Origin: Kudoa neothunni
Lineage: Eukaryota; Animalia; Cnidaria
DNA: 64,000 nt
Direction: 5' to 3'
Assembly: GCA_964304625.1 (NCBI GenBank)
Contig: OZ199838.1
Location: forward strand, 9,513,245-9,577,244
Shown here: positions 26,818 to 41,012 of the stretch, one piece after another
Position numbering within the stretch: position 1 is the first letter of the stretch
How the letters are laid out: every line of letters starts with the position of its first letter
Position numbers and translations under genes: made by a program
The notes under the pieces: model-generated
Told to the model about the DNA's origin: nothing
Databases searched by the model: none
What the model saw: only the letters and a program-made list of their open reading frames with translations

Positions 26818-27242
26818 TCATGAATATGAGGATATACATATATAAATAATAGTAGTCAGACTCATTTTTTTAAAATCCAACCGACTGGTGACGACATCAT
26901 CTATAACTCAAACTGAGAATTATCAGTTCTTGACATTAATCTTTCGCCTTGTCTACTAGCGGAAAGTTAAAATTAATTACAATCATTTTAAAAATTTCTC
27001 CTATTATAAACTGACTTAATAATATGAAAGCCAATGTGCAACCGATTAGGTTATCTCTGCAATTTCAAGTTTAACTATTTTGTTCTAAATACGTTCTATA
27101 AGGCAAATTTAAATAATGTCGAGTTATTTCGCCGATTACTTATCAATCTTAATTATTAAATTTCATCCCGTCAAAAATTTACATATGGTAAAAAGTTAGG
27201 CATTGGCCAATACTGAGCCACGTAATAGTTCAAACAAATATA

Positions 27243-30200
27243 CAGTAGGTAACCGGTTTCACGCACTTTTTAAAAGATACCTATCTTGACAAACAGATGA
27301 AATATTGATTCAATAATAATTTGTTATAAACAATTTTATCAGTTTTTATTGAGAAATAAAGTTGTAAAATAACGTACATAATTGTCACGTGATTTACAGG
27401 TTCACGCACTTTTTTGGAGCTGAGTTTGTTGATAATTTTGTTGTTATTATTTTAATGGCCAGAAAAGCACCGCGAACTCGAAATTTAACAGAAACATATA
27501 ATACAATTAAATGTCATGATAATTTACTGCCTAAAAGTGCGAAAGTCACCACCACCAAATATATTAAATTATCCTCAATTACGACTCTCAAAGGAATTTT
27601 CAAAATGAGAGAAAACATTGTGAAAATTTATGAAGGAGCTCTACTTTCTAAAAACAGAAAATATTTGAATAATGGTTGAAATAATGATATCGATCAAGAG
27701 GTGTACGACTGGATCTGTCACACAAAAAGCAATAAGATCGAATTAAGCGCCGCGAATATTATAGATATAAGAAATGATTTTTCTAATCGTAATAATTTTC
27801 CATCAACTGCAAGGCATGGATGGTTTCGTTTCTTTAAAAAAGGATATAATATTAAAAAAATTAATTATCACGGCGAATCTGGCGACGTTGATCCCAAAAC
27901 TACAGCAGAATGGATGTGTAAAATCGGAGCGCTTTGTGACGAATATTCGGAGGATTGCATTTACAACAATGATGAGATAGGTTTGCTGTATCAACAACAG
28001 CGTGGTAAATGCTTCTCAATTTATTTTGTATGGGCTTTTAAGGTAACAGTTGTGTTCATTCATCTGAGAACAATATGAGAGGGACTAAAAAATCCAAAAA
28101 AAGCGTTTGACTGTTTTATTGGGAGCTTCGTTAAGTGGAGTAAAGCTAGATCCATTGTTAATTGGATCGAATAAAAAACAACGTTGCTTCAATAATATTA
28201 AGAAGTTACCGGTTTTATTCGAATCAAACAAAAAGGCTTGGATGACTCGGGATGTTTTCTTGAGATACATTTCGAAAATTAATGATGACTTTATTAACCC
28301 ATAGCGGCTTTCATATTTAAATCTTTAAAAAATTTAAACTGCAAACAGAGCACGATTATTAATGATAAAGCGTAAAATATTTCTTCTAGAATCAGTTGGA
28401 AAGTTTGAAAATAATCCAAAATACTAAAGTGCCAAAAAGGGTACGATAAACCACCGACGTGCGTTTTTCTAATTAAGCGTTCATGCGTTTGCGCCGAGGA
28501 AAAATACAATAATATATTAATAGAACGACAAAACATTACGACTTATGATAGATCATTGAACGTTTGATATGCATATAGTTTTTGCATTTCAGGCACAAAT
28601 AGATAGTGTTTTTTTACAAACAACGCATTTGTCTTTTTTTCAATGGGTCTGCGCTCATTATTGGCCAATCACATAACAGAGCAGCGTGAATATTTGCTAG
28701 AGATGATCTTCTAGTAATTTTTTCAGTTCGGATCATATTGGCAACAATACGCCTAATATGAGTCAATAATTTTATGTTGCATTCATTCTTATAATTGAGC
28801 CATTCGCAGGAATTAACCGCTGAGATTGAGATAATATTTGTAAACTAGGGCCATTAACACTTTTTGGGACGAATTTTTACTCTATAACAGGATATATTAT
28901 TGTCTGCGATGTCAACGCCTCCCATATGTTTGTTATGCATATATGAGACATATGGCTGATCTATCGTCACGCAGCACTTTCTTGTTTTAAAATAACGCTT
29001 TGTATACTGGACTGACTCAACAGAAAGCGTATTGCTAAGAAAGGCAACTGGTTTTGTATCCTTCCAACAAACGCAATTTATTTTGGTTGAGCGATCTTCG
29101 TACGACTCATAAAAACCTCTCGGTTTCTTTTCCATTACCTTAGGATCTGTTAAGGGGAATTTACATCTCTCTTCTTCAATTAAGCTATCAATTTATAAGA
29201 GTTAAAAAAATTTTCGAAAAAAACATGAACGTCATTTCTTCCTTCAAGTTCTTCAACAAATTTTAACACAACACTGCCACCGAAACCAAGACTTTTGCAA
29301 TACGATTCCTCCTTACCGTTGTACACGTTAAAACTGTAAATATAACCATCAGAAGATGTTAAACCCCATTGCTTAAAACCAAAACGAACCGGTTTCCCTT
29401 TCATGTACATCTTGCAAGTATGATGGCCTGTGTATGGTATCATTTATTCATCAACTTCAAAGTTATTATGGAAAAAACCAAATTTTTTAAGACTTTTATT
29501 CATTTTTTCAATTAATGGTCTTACTTTGAAAAGTTTTTCAGTTTTATCCAACTCTGAATTGTCGTTAAAATGTTGATATTTTTTTATTAATTTGAATCTA
29601 CTGTATGACATTGACTTTTTCACAAGTTCAACGCCAGCGTCCAAAGCAGACTCCCAATACATATGCTGCTGGGATAATTTATTATATCCAGTTAATAATA
29701 AAATGCCGATGAAACATTTGAATTCCTTTATCGTCAAATGAAATTTATGGTCGTTCTTTTGTTGAGCGTATAAATTTGTTTCTTTAACGATATGCAATAA
29801 CACGTTTTCGTCAAAAAATTCCAGAAAACTTTCATACGACTCATACGTGTTCGAATCATCATTATCGATAATATTTATACGACGGGTCATCATATTTTTA
29901 TTTATTGAGTTTGTCGACGAATTGCAACGTGGGATGATTTTATGCCACCTGGCTCCGCCATTTTCAATGTATTCATCATGTTCTACGTTAATGAAAGTTC
30001 CTATTTCACCGCATATCTCAGGAACAGTTCCAATCTCAATGTTATCGTAATCTCTGTGAACGAACTCATCCTCTTCATCGGTCAATGTATCCACATGACC
30101 TGGAGGTATGACCACAAAATCTACCGTATTTGGTAATTCATCGATATTTTCAATATTTTCGATAGCATCAACTAAGTTTCTGTACCTCATCTTAAAGCTT

Positions 30201-31545
30201 TTACCACGAGGTTAACAAAAAGATTAATTGAGAAATCGCACGCCGGTGGTTTACCGCGCCCTTTTCGGCACTGTTTTATTTTGATAATTATTTGTAGCTC
30301 TCTTATATATTATGTTTAATTCTTTACTTACATTAAACTTCTGGTAATATATTATTATACACCAAAAATATAATATTTTTAAATAACAGTTTAGTATAAT
30401 TCCTGTTCTATTTGTATGTTGTCACATTACAAGGGTAATATAGAACAGTTTCTGGCACAATATAAAATATATTTGATGAATATTTTTATATAATATAGAA
30501 ATTATACCTATTAATCATATATCCTAGAATTACATTATTAAACAAATTATTGTAAGATATAGAGTGGTGTGAAGACTGTGCCGAAAAAGGAACGAAAAAC
30601 CGCTATAGGCTAAACAAGGCAAAAAGATTTTTCTGACGTAAAATTTATATTTTTCCTCCAAAACACCACTGATGTTTTACAGTCGCCAGATCAAGGCGTC
30701 ATCCATTCCTTTAAATCATGCTACGAAAAGTCGATGATAGAACGATTCATTTACTGTGCTGAAATGGGGATAGAGCTAAGTCCTTCAAACGTTGTAGAAA
30801 CAATGGGATTAATTAAAACTGCCTAGAAGAGCGTTTCTAAAAATACAATCACAAATTGTTTCATAAAAGCAGGATTTTTCTCGTTAAGATCTGACTCAAC
30901 TCAGGATAATTTATTAATCGAAAATGGTGAAAAAGTTGCTGATGATTTGATCGCGAGTGAAATAACCGAAATGATAAAAGAAGATGAATCGTACGTAGCT
31001 CTTAAATATAATATTTTGACTTTTCCGACAAAAAAATGATCAAATACTAAACACGAATGGATTATTTGATAACTTGATTTTAATTATATTTTTTAAGATT
31101 GTAACGCTGATGATGCAGAACAATTTGACACGGATGGGACACACGATGTTGAAGAACTCCCCAACAACAAAATTATTACCTGTCAAAAGGCTTTGGGATA
31201 TTTGAAGGAATTAAACTAATTTTTTAGGCGCATGATAATAATCAAAATATTAATTTGAATGCAGCAGAAGAGTCGATGTTTAAGATTCTCTCAAACAATA
31301 TGAAACGAACTAAAATTACAAAATATTTTTTCTCGAACATAATTTATTTGATTTTTTATTTAAGCATATTATATTTATCTTCCATTATTGAATAATAAAA
31401 ATGTTTTTGAATTCATAGGTAGCAATAAAAAATAAATTTCCCTGTGATGTGCGTGCGCATTGAATGTATGTAGAATCGGACGTGAAAAGTTTCACGCACA
31501 TTTTCCCTGGTTCCTGAAGAAGTGCGTGAAACCGGTTACCTACTG
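27243..31545 (+). mobile_element. Tigger/pogo transposon (disrupted transposase) with nested piggyBac
   Basis: Perfect 26-bp TIR CAGTAGGTAACCGGTTTCACGCACTT with TA flanks. CENP-B HTH (GWFRFFKK, HGESG), IYNNDEIGL, KRLTVLLGAS, NKKAWMT, NTTDVLQSPDQGVI, TKITKYF. Several stops and frameshifts. Confidence 0.93.
28298..30609 (-). mobile_element. piggyBac (PGBD-like) element, transposase pseudogene about 28600-30190
   Basis: TTAA/CTAA flanks. TIR CCCATAGCGG and (rc) CCTATAGCGG. Motifs VDE*MIPY.G, KPVRFGFK, FENFFNS, WKDTKPV, HMGGVDIAD. The host Tigger frame (DDFI|KQGKKIFL) resumes after it. Confidence 0.92.
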
Positions 31546-32274
31546 TAGTAATTATTCAGAGGGTTAAATTTATGTGGTTAGAATAAAATTTTTTGTTATA
31601 ATTAAATTCGTTAGTTAAATAAATCAGTATTAATTATTATGAACAAGGGATTTAATAAGAAATGTAAAAACCCCAAAGTTGTTAATGCCCAAGATCCCAT
31701 CGTTTTGGGGCGAATTTTCCCGAATCTTATCAATTAAAAGTTACAACCAGGAAACTAACGATTTTGATTCATTAACCCCTTTTTTAAATTTATAACAATG
31801 TAATATGGGAATTTGAAGAATTTTAATTACTTAACGTAGCGCATTTTTAACAAAAATACCTATATCAAACAGTATCAGCGTGACGTCATTCACACTTGCT
31901 GGCAAATTTTTAAAATTAATTTTAGGAATATGATTATTAATATAAATTTTTAAATGTATGAATTAGTTTTTATTTTTTTTTCACAAAAAATTTAACCGGC
32001 AATATAGGGAAGACACCTTAAAATATTAACAGAATTTTAAATTTTAATCCTCTCAAGAACAAGAATGGATTGTTTGCTCCAAAAATAAGACTAAACACGA
32101 TCAATTTTCGTTAAGATTTAAATTTTGAGTTATTAGATAAATTTTATTGTTATTGGTTGACTTATAGAGTAGAAAATATTTGAATTCCCTTTGAAAATTG
32201 ATCGTCGGTAAAATATGTTGACCGAGAATTAAGCTCCAAATTCAGCTGACGCTTATCTGGTTTATTCTGTGCTA

Positions 32275-34005
32275 ATGATTCGAGCATTGCTTCCGAAAGT
32301 TCCTTCATATTATATTTTTAAATAATATCTCTATCTTATAGATCTTGCAACGTAGCTCACCTGGACACTTCACTAAAAGGATCATCTTATTTGACACTAG
32401 CCGCATGGTTTCAACAGCACATCAGCCCATGGACAACTTCCGTACCGAAAAGGACACTATGGGAGATGTTAAGGTCCCCATTAATGCCTATTATGGTGCA
32501 CAGACTCAGCGTTCATTGATCAACTTTCCAATTGGTGGGGAGGCAGAAAAAATGCCTGTAACTGATAAATATTTATTCCATTTACTTGCTGGCTGATTTT
32601 AATTTAAATTGCTATACGCTTATATGTTTAAACTTTGTTAATTAAAGATTGAAGTCATACACGCTTTTGGATATTTGAAAAAAGCTGCTGCTGAGGTCAA
32701 TACCAAATTTGGTTTGGACCCCAAAATTGCTCAGTCAATCATGTTTGCTGCTGATGAGGTAGTTTCTGAGTCTATGGTCATTATTTCAACGTTTTATCTT
32801 AACATTTAGGTTATAGCTGGTAAACTCGACAACCACTTCCCACTGGTTATATGGCAGACTGGTTCAGGCACACAAAGCAATATGAATGTCAATGAAGTTA
32901 TTAGCAACCGTGCTATTGAACTTATGGGTGGTCAGATTGGTAGCAAAACACCCGTCCATCCGAACGACCATGTGAATAAAAGTCAAAGCTCCAACGATAC
33001 CTATCCAACTGCAATGCATATTGCTACAGTGCTTGCCACTCATAAATATCTACTTCCAGGCCTGAGAGAATTATGCTCATCATTAAGAATCAAATCCGAA
33101 GAATTTAGTCATATAATTAAAATTGGTCGTACTCATTTCCAAGATGCCGTCCCCTTGACGTTGGGCCAAGAATTTAGTGGATATGTTGTTCAATTGGAAA
33201 ATTCTATAAAACGTGTCGAAACGGCATTGGTTCACGTAAGTGAATTGGCTATTGGAGGAACTGCAGTTGGTACTGGCTTGAACACAAAGATTGGATTTGC
33301 TGACGCTGTTGCTAAGAAAATATCTGATTACACTAATTTGCCATTTTCTTCGTAACTTTATGTCATATCAAAATAGTTTAATTGTCGTTAAGAGCTCCAA
33401 ACAAATTTGAGGCTTTAGCAGCTAATGATGCTTTGGTTGAATTCAGTGGAACTTTGAATACTGTTGCGTGCAGTTTATTCAAAGTAGCCAACGATATAAG
33501 AATTCTTGGTAGCGGCCCAAGATGTGGTATCTTTGAGTTGCAATTGCCTGAAAATGAACCTGGTAGCAGTATAATGCCTGGAAAAGTAAATCCTACCCAG
33601 TGCGAATCACTGACCATGATTTGTGGCCAAGTTTTTGGAAATCATGTGGCTGCTACTTTTGGTGGCACACAGGGCCACATGGAATTAAATGTTTACAAGC
33701 CACTTATTATTTCCAACGTTCTAAGATCAGTTCGATTGCTTGGAGATGGCGCAAAAACATTCTCTAAAAATTGTGCGTCTGGCATAAAAGCCAATGAAGA
33801 ACAAATCTCAAAATACCTTCACGAATCGCTTATGTTGGTCACCGCATTAAACCCTTATGTTGGCTATGATAATGCCGCAAAAATAGCCAAAAAAGCTTTC
33901 GCTGAAGGAACCACTTTATGTGAGGCGGCTTCTGCGCTGGGATTGCTCACAAAAGAACAGTTCTGTGAAAAGGTCAAACCCGAAGATATGATTGGACCTA
34001 ATTGA
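32275..34005 (+). CDS. FH: Fumarate hydratase class II with N-terminal mitochondrial presequence, multi-exon
   Basis: [78 protein letters not shown]. Introns include 32299-32341 and 33352-33392. Confidence 0.97.
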
Positions 34006-34639
34006 GCCACTGATCTACAAAAACAAGGAATTTCACCTTATTGAACTAATTCTGCATCCAATTATTTATCCAAAAGAAATTATCAATTTCTTTAGGTTGT
34101 TTATGCTTCAAAATTCATTTTAAGCTTCGCGTTAAACTATATTTATTATCTATTTCATCATTATTATTTTAATTTTCTAATTTCCATTGTTTGAAATAAT
34201 AATAAATCAAGTTAATGGGCGATTTCAAACTAATCAATGTTTAAAATTGCAATGTTGTATACCTGAATATTGAGATGAGATTATACTAAACTTGTAAATG
34301 AAAAATGGATTATATATCAATTGTATACGAAAAACCATTAGATAATAGAATACGAGGGACGCTTATTATGTAAGTTTTAATTAAGCTCAAGAAATATAAA
34401 ATGAGGCTTCTAGATTATTGTCTCTCGGACTTCCACCTTGAGTCGACAGAAAACTTTCATGGCCGGGCACGCTTTGTGCATAATGTACCGATTTTAAAAA
34501 AGCAGACTGAATCTCTCTTGAAAATATATCAATTGCGATTCGCGCGTAATTTAAGCTTGAATAGTCTGATAGACGAATAATCATTTATAGAATTTTACAG
34601 CAAATTAATTTATTTTTTGAATAGACTCTTTTATATTTA

Positions 34640-35032
34640 CAAGAAGTAACCGATTTCACGCACTTTTTAAAAACCTATTTAGTTAGAATATTGATTGGCC
34701 TATGTTTATATAATATATATTCATAAACTTTTAATCATCATTTTTATAAAAATTATTTTAAAAAGTTGCTAAATAATGTAACTAAAAGTCACGCGATTGA
34801 TCAATTTCACGCACTTTTTCGGGTGCCTCTCGTTTATTGTTTAGTTAAGTCAGTATTTAATTCCAAAAACTCCTATAACTATACTTATTGCCGAAAGGCA
34901 GAGGCTTTTAGCACGGTACAATTTAATGCTAAATGGCATGTCCGCTTGCGCAAAGAATTTTTAATCTTAGCAACTCCAACTTATAAGCTGGTTACAGATT
35001 TAATTTTTTAGAATCCGTTATATTTAATTATC
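34640..35032 (+). mobile_element. Left-end fragment of Tigger family element
   Basis: TA|CAAGAAGTAACCGATTTCACGCACTTTTTAAAA matches the 27243 TIR. Second TTTCACGCACTTTTT sub-repeat at about 34805. Confidence 0.65.
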
Positions 35033-35040
35033 GTTCCAAT

Positions 35041-36190
35041 CAGCGGTGCCAACCATGTCCAATTTGTCCTTTTTTGCCCGATCTTTACTCCTGTTCTTCA
35101 AAAGACTGAATAATCGCAAAACGAAGTTTCAAATATACGGAGTTTTTGCAAATTCACTAAAAATGGAATTTAATCGTTGCAGATTTCATTACGAGAAATA
35201 TTTGAGTAGATAATTTTATACATGGAACAATGCTTTATTTCAAATTAAAATGTCTGCAATAGAAGTTCACCAAACGCAAGATACAATTCGAAATTTTAAT
35301 AATTATTAAAGTCCACTTAATACGAAAATTTAGCTTAAAAAACGTCCCAACAATTTATCAAAATGAACAAATTTTTAAATGTTATGCTCCTGTTAAGGCC
35401 AATATTTTGGATTTTTTACTACTATTGCGACAAGACAGTTTTATCATGACCATGAATCATTTTGGAATTATTACGAAGAGATTTTTGTGTTTTAATTATA
35501 AATGCTTGTATTTAAAAAAAGACTCTAATGTTGATGGTATCCAATGCTAAGTCATCATTACAAATGTTTGTTATCAATTTTCAGAATATTCTAATTTTAG
35601 GTATTACCTAAACAAGTTAAAATTTAGCTGAATATTATCTACTTGACTAATTTTTCTTAATTTTAATGAATGAATGGTCGCAAATAAAAATAAAACCTCA
35701 TTTAGGTATAGATGTTACGTGTAATTCAAAAATCAAACGAAAGAATGTAATACAATTGTTTGAAATTAAAGGAGTTGAATAGACTCCAAAAACAAAGTTT
35801 GGTTGATTAAGTTATTAACAATCGCCTTTTTGGCCATTGTTTATCGGCAAATAAATTTTAATTCTATCGGAAAATATAGCGCACTTTTACTTCCTCTATC
35901 TCTGACTAACACTTCTACGGAAAGAGTATTTTCTCTTCTGGGACTATCGAAAATATCAGAAGAAACAGAATGTTGTGCTCTACATTAGATAATCTTGTTC
36001 TAGTGACGAAATTTTTCAACACATCGACCAAGTGATGCCATAAATTAGAAGTTTCTAAGTTAATTATAAATTAACGTAATACTTATACATTTAAGTAAAT
36101 ATTAGTTCTATTTTTTACAAAAAATTATGATTTGTCCGATTTAGTCCGGCCAAATTTTTATCGGATGTCCGGTTTGGGTTGGCAATGCTG
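35041..36190 (+). mobile_element. Decayed hAT transposon
   Basis: TIRs CAGCGGTGCCAACC and (rc) CAGCATTGCCAACC. 8-bp flanks GTTCCAAT and CCGCCAAT (5/8). hAT dimerisation motif remnant TNTSTERVFS. Confidence 0.75.
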
Positions 36191-36887
36191 CCGCCAATAG
36201 AAAGTTTTGCTATTACTGAGTTATCTCTTCTATCAATGCAGAAATACGATTATAAACTTAAGTTTACTGGACAGATGTACTATGTGCCAAGATTTTCGTG
36301 TTAAATATTAAGGTTTTCTTGTCGGAATCTTGCATTTGATCAGTTCACCGTATTATGTTTTATGAATTAAGCTAATTTTAATGCGCTACTCGAAGCTTAT
36401 CAAAAATGTAGCATCTCTTTCATTTTAACGATATGGCAATAAAATCCCGATACATATATAATGAAATATGTCACATCCATTCAAATACATATATATATAT
36501 TTGGAATTTTTTTCAACCGAACCATGATATTATGCACGATAGCTTAATCCTATATCTGTCACTTTATTTGGCGTAGTTCATAACAATTAAACAATATATA
36601 TCGTAATAGAAATGAATTGAATAATCAAAATTTTCCTCTAAACGTATTTATATCCTAATATATGAAGTAGTAGGGCCCGTGTGTGTGCGTGTGTGTTTGC
36701 AGCAGTACGCATATGCCATGGAGAAACTTATTTTAAATACAGCTTTTAGTTCGCATTGGAATAGATGATACCATTAATAAAAATCGTTCATTTACTTATG
36801 AGTACAAATATAATCAATATCGTTATCAGATGTAAAGAATTTTCTGGCTGTTTACATCAATTACCAGTTTAAAATACCTGAATAATA

Positions 36888-38178
36888 TAATATTTCACGA
36901 TCAAGATGCAAACATGTTCAATCAAGATGCAAATTGCACGCGCATTTTCACGTTTTCTCCAGTTAAAACAATAAAAACATGCCTGAGCAAATTGAAAATA
37001 ATAATTCGAATAAGAGAAAATACGAGATTGTTAGTGTCGAAGATAGGGCTAAAATTGCTCATCTTGTCGAAGTGAGCACAAATTTTAAATGATCATTAAA
37101 ATAATTGATATTGGAAAGACGAATCATCAAATTTCTGAGTCATTAAACATTCCCGAATCTACAGTAAGTAGAATAGTGAAGAGATTCAATGACACCTGCT
37201 CGTTCCAAAAGTTAGCAACTGTAGGAGATCACCGTTCATTGTTGAGTGAAGTGCACAAACAATTTTTACTTACAGAGGTAGATGATAATTGTACGCTGAC
37301 ATCCAATCACTTATAAGAGAAGCTCTTTCAAAAATTTTCTATTCGCGTTTCTCGTCACTCTATTAATAGAGTTCTGAAAGAGTTTCATTATACCTTAAAA
37401 AAATATCGTTGGTGCCTATAGATAGGAATTCTACTACGACAATTTCATTACGATTCGAGCGACGAATCGACCTATATATTTTATCTAATATTTTTTAGTT
37501 ATGTAAACGAATTCATAAGATTGGAACCTAGGTATTCGGAAATATTGTATATCGATGAATCAGGATTTTCCCTATCAACCCGTCGTTCCCAAGGTAGGTC
37601 CCTTTCTGGGACGAGAGAAAATTGAAAAGTGAAATACATCAGATCTCAAAACATATCATTAATAGCGGCGACGAGTGTCAAAAAAAATTTGAAATTTATA
37701 ATTCACAAGGGAGGGTGTGAACCAGTCTGTGTTTGCGTCATTTCTAAAAGATCTTTTTGAAAATTTGGAGGCGAATTCTGTCGATAAAGCTATTTTGGTT
37801 ATGGATAACGTAGCTTTCCATAAGACTGAGAGTGTTCGAAATTTGATAGAAAGCAATCCTTGCAAGCTATTACTACCGCCGTACTCACCCTTCCTTAACC
37901 CAATTGAAGAAGTTTTTGGGTAAATTAAATTAATTTTTAAAAGGATGGCATCAAAAACACATGATAAGCAGATTGAATGTATGGAAAATAGTCCGACCCA
38001 AATAACCGAAACCAACTGTCGAAGCTATATGAGACATACAAAATCTTACTTTTCAGCATCCCTGCTTAAGAACCCCATTAACAATTAATACAAAAACTAT
38101 TATTTATATATAAAATTTGTTGGTTTACTATTTTCGCATCTTGGTTGAACATGTTTGCGTCTTGATCGTGAAATACTG
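36888..38178 (+). mobile_element. Tc1/IS630-like DDE transposon, transposase pseudogene with introns
   Basis: TIR of about 46 bp (CAGTATTTCACGATCAAGACGCAAACATGTTCAACCAAGATGCGAA) with TA flanks. ATG at 36979. HTH (ISESLNIPESTVSRIVKRF), YIDESGF, VMDNVAFH, LPPYSPFLNPIEE. Stops and frameshifts present. Confidence 0.9.
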
Positions 38179-39856
38179 TATTGATGTTTGTTTACTTCGG
38201 AGTGATACTCAATTAGAATGAACTTTTACTCACTGTATACAACGAGAATCTGCTAATTATGGTGTAGAATGTTCTAAAAATTTTACATATGCCCGTTCGG
38301 AGTAATTTTAAGACAATTAAAATTATTAACGTCACATTTACAAGAGTTGTCGCATTTCCCTTAAAATTTGAGGCATAAACAAGTTATTTGGTATGTGTTT
38401 TCTCTTTTCGAGCGTTATGGGTATAATTAAGAAAAATAGATTGTGATCATTTTAGATAAAACACATAATTTGAGATAACAAGTTGTTGCCGCGTTGGGAT
38501 AATTTGAGTCTCTATACGTATCCTAAAAACTATATGAAATGTGTGTAGAGCTTTAAATATTAAAACTTTTGTGGTAACATAAATGAAAATTATGCTCAAT
38601 TGGAATTCCTGAGATGTGGACATTTCTTTTTATCGAAAATATCGATTGAGATTGAAACTATATTCGTCTTTTCGATAAGTTTCTACTCATTTTTTGGTTT
38701 TCCTAAACTTTCCTGAAAAATAACTGGAATCATTAATTCTATAAGTTTCTATATTTGATGAGACAACTTTTTAAATAATGTTTAAGTTCTTAGTAACCTA
38801 ATTATTCCTTCCCCAGAGCTTAAGGTTAATATTCAAATCAATATACTGTATTCTTTAGGCTCGCATTAATTCATTATGATATAAAAGCTTCATCAAAATA
38901 TGCGACACCGCATTCTATATGTAATTTAAGAATTTATATTCACGATTACTTTTGCACAAAATACAGTCCCTTCTCAATACGTGTCATGTAAGTTAATAAG
39001 AAATTATTGGTCTATTTTATCTAACCGATATTTTCACAGTTTTCGTTAATCTAAGAATAGTTCATAACGAAGAAATTTTTTAAAGGCAATCAAACAGTAC
39101 GTTTATTTTTAAAAGAGTACACTCCTACGAGAAAGCCAGTTGATATTTAAGCATTACTGTAATTTTTCAATCACAAAACACCTTTAAATTTTTTATTTAA
39201 TCGTACTTTGTTAATTAATTGCGTATACTTTTGAACCAGTAAGTATTTTTTTCAAAAAGCAAGGTTGGATTTATTTATAAATCGGGAAATGTTGTTACAA
39301 TAGTGAATACGTAAGTTACCGCTCACAGCTTTTAAAAACAACATTGGCATCATAATAAAATTGCGGCAAAAGGAGAAACAATTAATATTTATATTTCGGA
39401 GGCATCTTAGGTTGATTTTATTTCTTTTTATCGTAAGATTTTGAAAAGAACTGAAAGTCCTATTTATGTTACTTAACGATTTTGTTTCATAAATAACTGA
39501 ACTTTAATAGCTAATTACATTTCTCTTAAAATTAAGGTCATTATATTTGAATGGAAAGTGTGCGCATAATTTCGTTTATCTAAATCATCACATTTCAAAA
39601 GTAATGACAAGCTTTAAATGCATCAATTAAAATGGAACAATAAAATTTAGTGTTTAGCGTGCTAATTAGACTAACTCTTCCGTAAAATGTCTTTATTGAA
39701 AAATAAAATTAAAAGTTAAAATTTTCCATCACACGGTACCAGTCAAAGCTGGACATTAGCGCTAGTAACTTAAAAATTAAAAAGGGTTTTAGTCTGCGCC
39801 AGATGTTAATCTACTTGGCCGGGCAAGGAAGCCTTGGCTAGGCGGGGCTTTTGCGC

Positions 39857-40348
39857 TAATACGTAATATAATTTGTAGATATGTAATAAAGGATATAAAT
39901 ATAATCTATAAATAAAATATATACATCATAAATACAACTATTTCATTTTATAAAAATATAGTTAAGCACATTTTAACAAATTATATTAGCTGAGCTAGAT
40001 TAAACATATTAGGTACAATCAGAGGTAATAGATAGTGTGGACATTTTATACATAAAGCACAAGGTTTGGTATTTGGTTTCTTTAAAGAAACCTTTATAAG
40101 TAAAAAATTAAAATATGTATTTAACATTACTCCTAACAAAACATAAACACGAAATTTATAGTCACAATATTAGAAATTTCAATAACACAAATTTCTCCAA
40201 AATAGTTAATTATGTTAGGCCAACAATCATTAATTACAAATATTAATTTCAAATTCTATGTGAGTTTGTAGATTTGAAATTATTCCCTCCTGTAGCAATA
40301 GACAAGCCCCGCACGCGGATTATACGGATCCGTAACAATAACCAGTGC
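39857..40348 (-). repeat. MULE-family terminal repeat (subfamily B)
   Basis: About 480 bp colinear with 58767-59238 and inverted relative to 56685-56840. Ends ...CAATAACCAGTGCC. Confidence 0.75.
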
Positions 40349-41012
40349 CTATTTATAATTTGGTGCATACTTTTCTATAATTAAATCAACAATGATTGAG
40401 AGGCATAAGCCAAACAAATTGGATTGTAATCTGAGTTTTTTTATCAATCCACATCCCTTGCCTATTCAATATCAAATCAGATAATACATCTAGAGTAGAT
40501 AGGAGACCGCAGAATGATAAATATACATTTAGAGAAATTCTGTCTTACCCCCATGTTTACCTAAGCAAACAGATTTTTTTGAAACAACCATAATCCTTTC
40601 GTTTAAAATTAAATATTTATTTCTTACTTAAATAACAAGGCTTCCATTAGAAATTATTATCATTAAAAAATATTTAACTCATCAAACAAAAAATCTCCAA
40701 TGGTTATCTTAGTTGAGACGCGCGCGGCAGACTAGAAAAGTACTCGATCTTTGCCCTAGCTAGTATTTTAATAAAAATAATATTATCATTCCATACAAAT
40801 TTTATTGGTTAGAACAGCCACATCAAGGTAAAGTTATACAGCGAAATTTATTATAGAACGAACGCATCAAGATACTCAAAAAGTCAAAGGTCGACGAAAT
40901 TTAATTTATAAAACACCCTTTACGTTATAAACAAAATATATGTTATTTGACACAGCGAGATGGGAAAGATGAGTTGGGTTGAGCTGAGAATTCAATGAGT
41001 TAGAATGGCCCA

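Noticed and set aside
29441-29449. In-frame stops within transposases suggesting readthrough or an alternative genetic code
   Set aside because: Host genes use standard stops and the TEs also carry frameshifts, so ordinary decay explains them.
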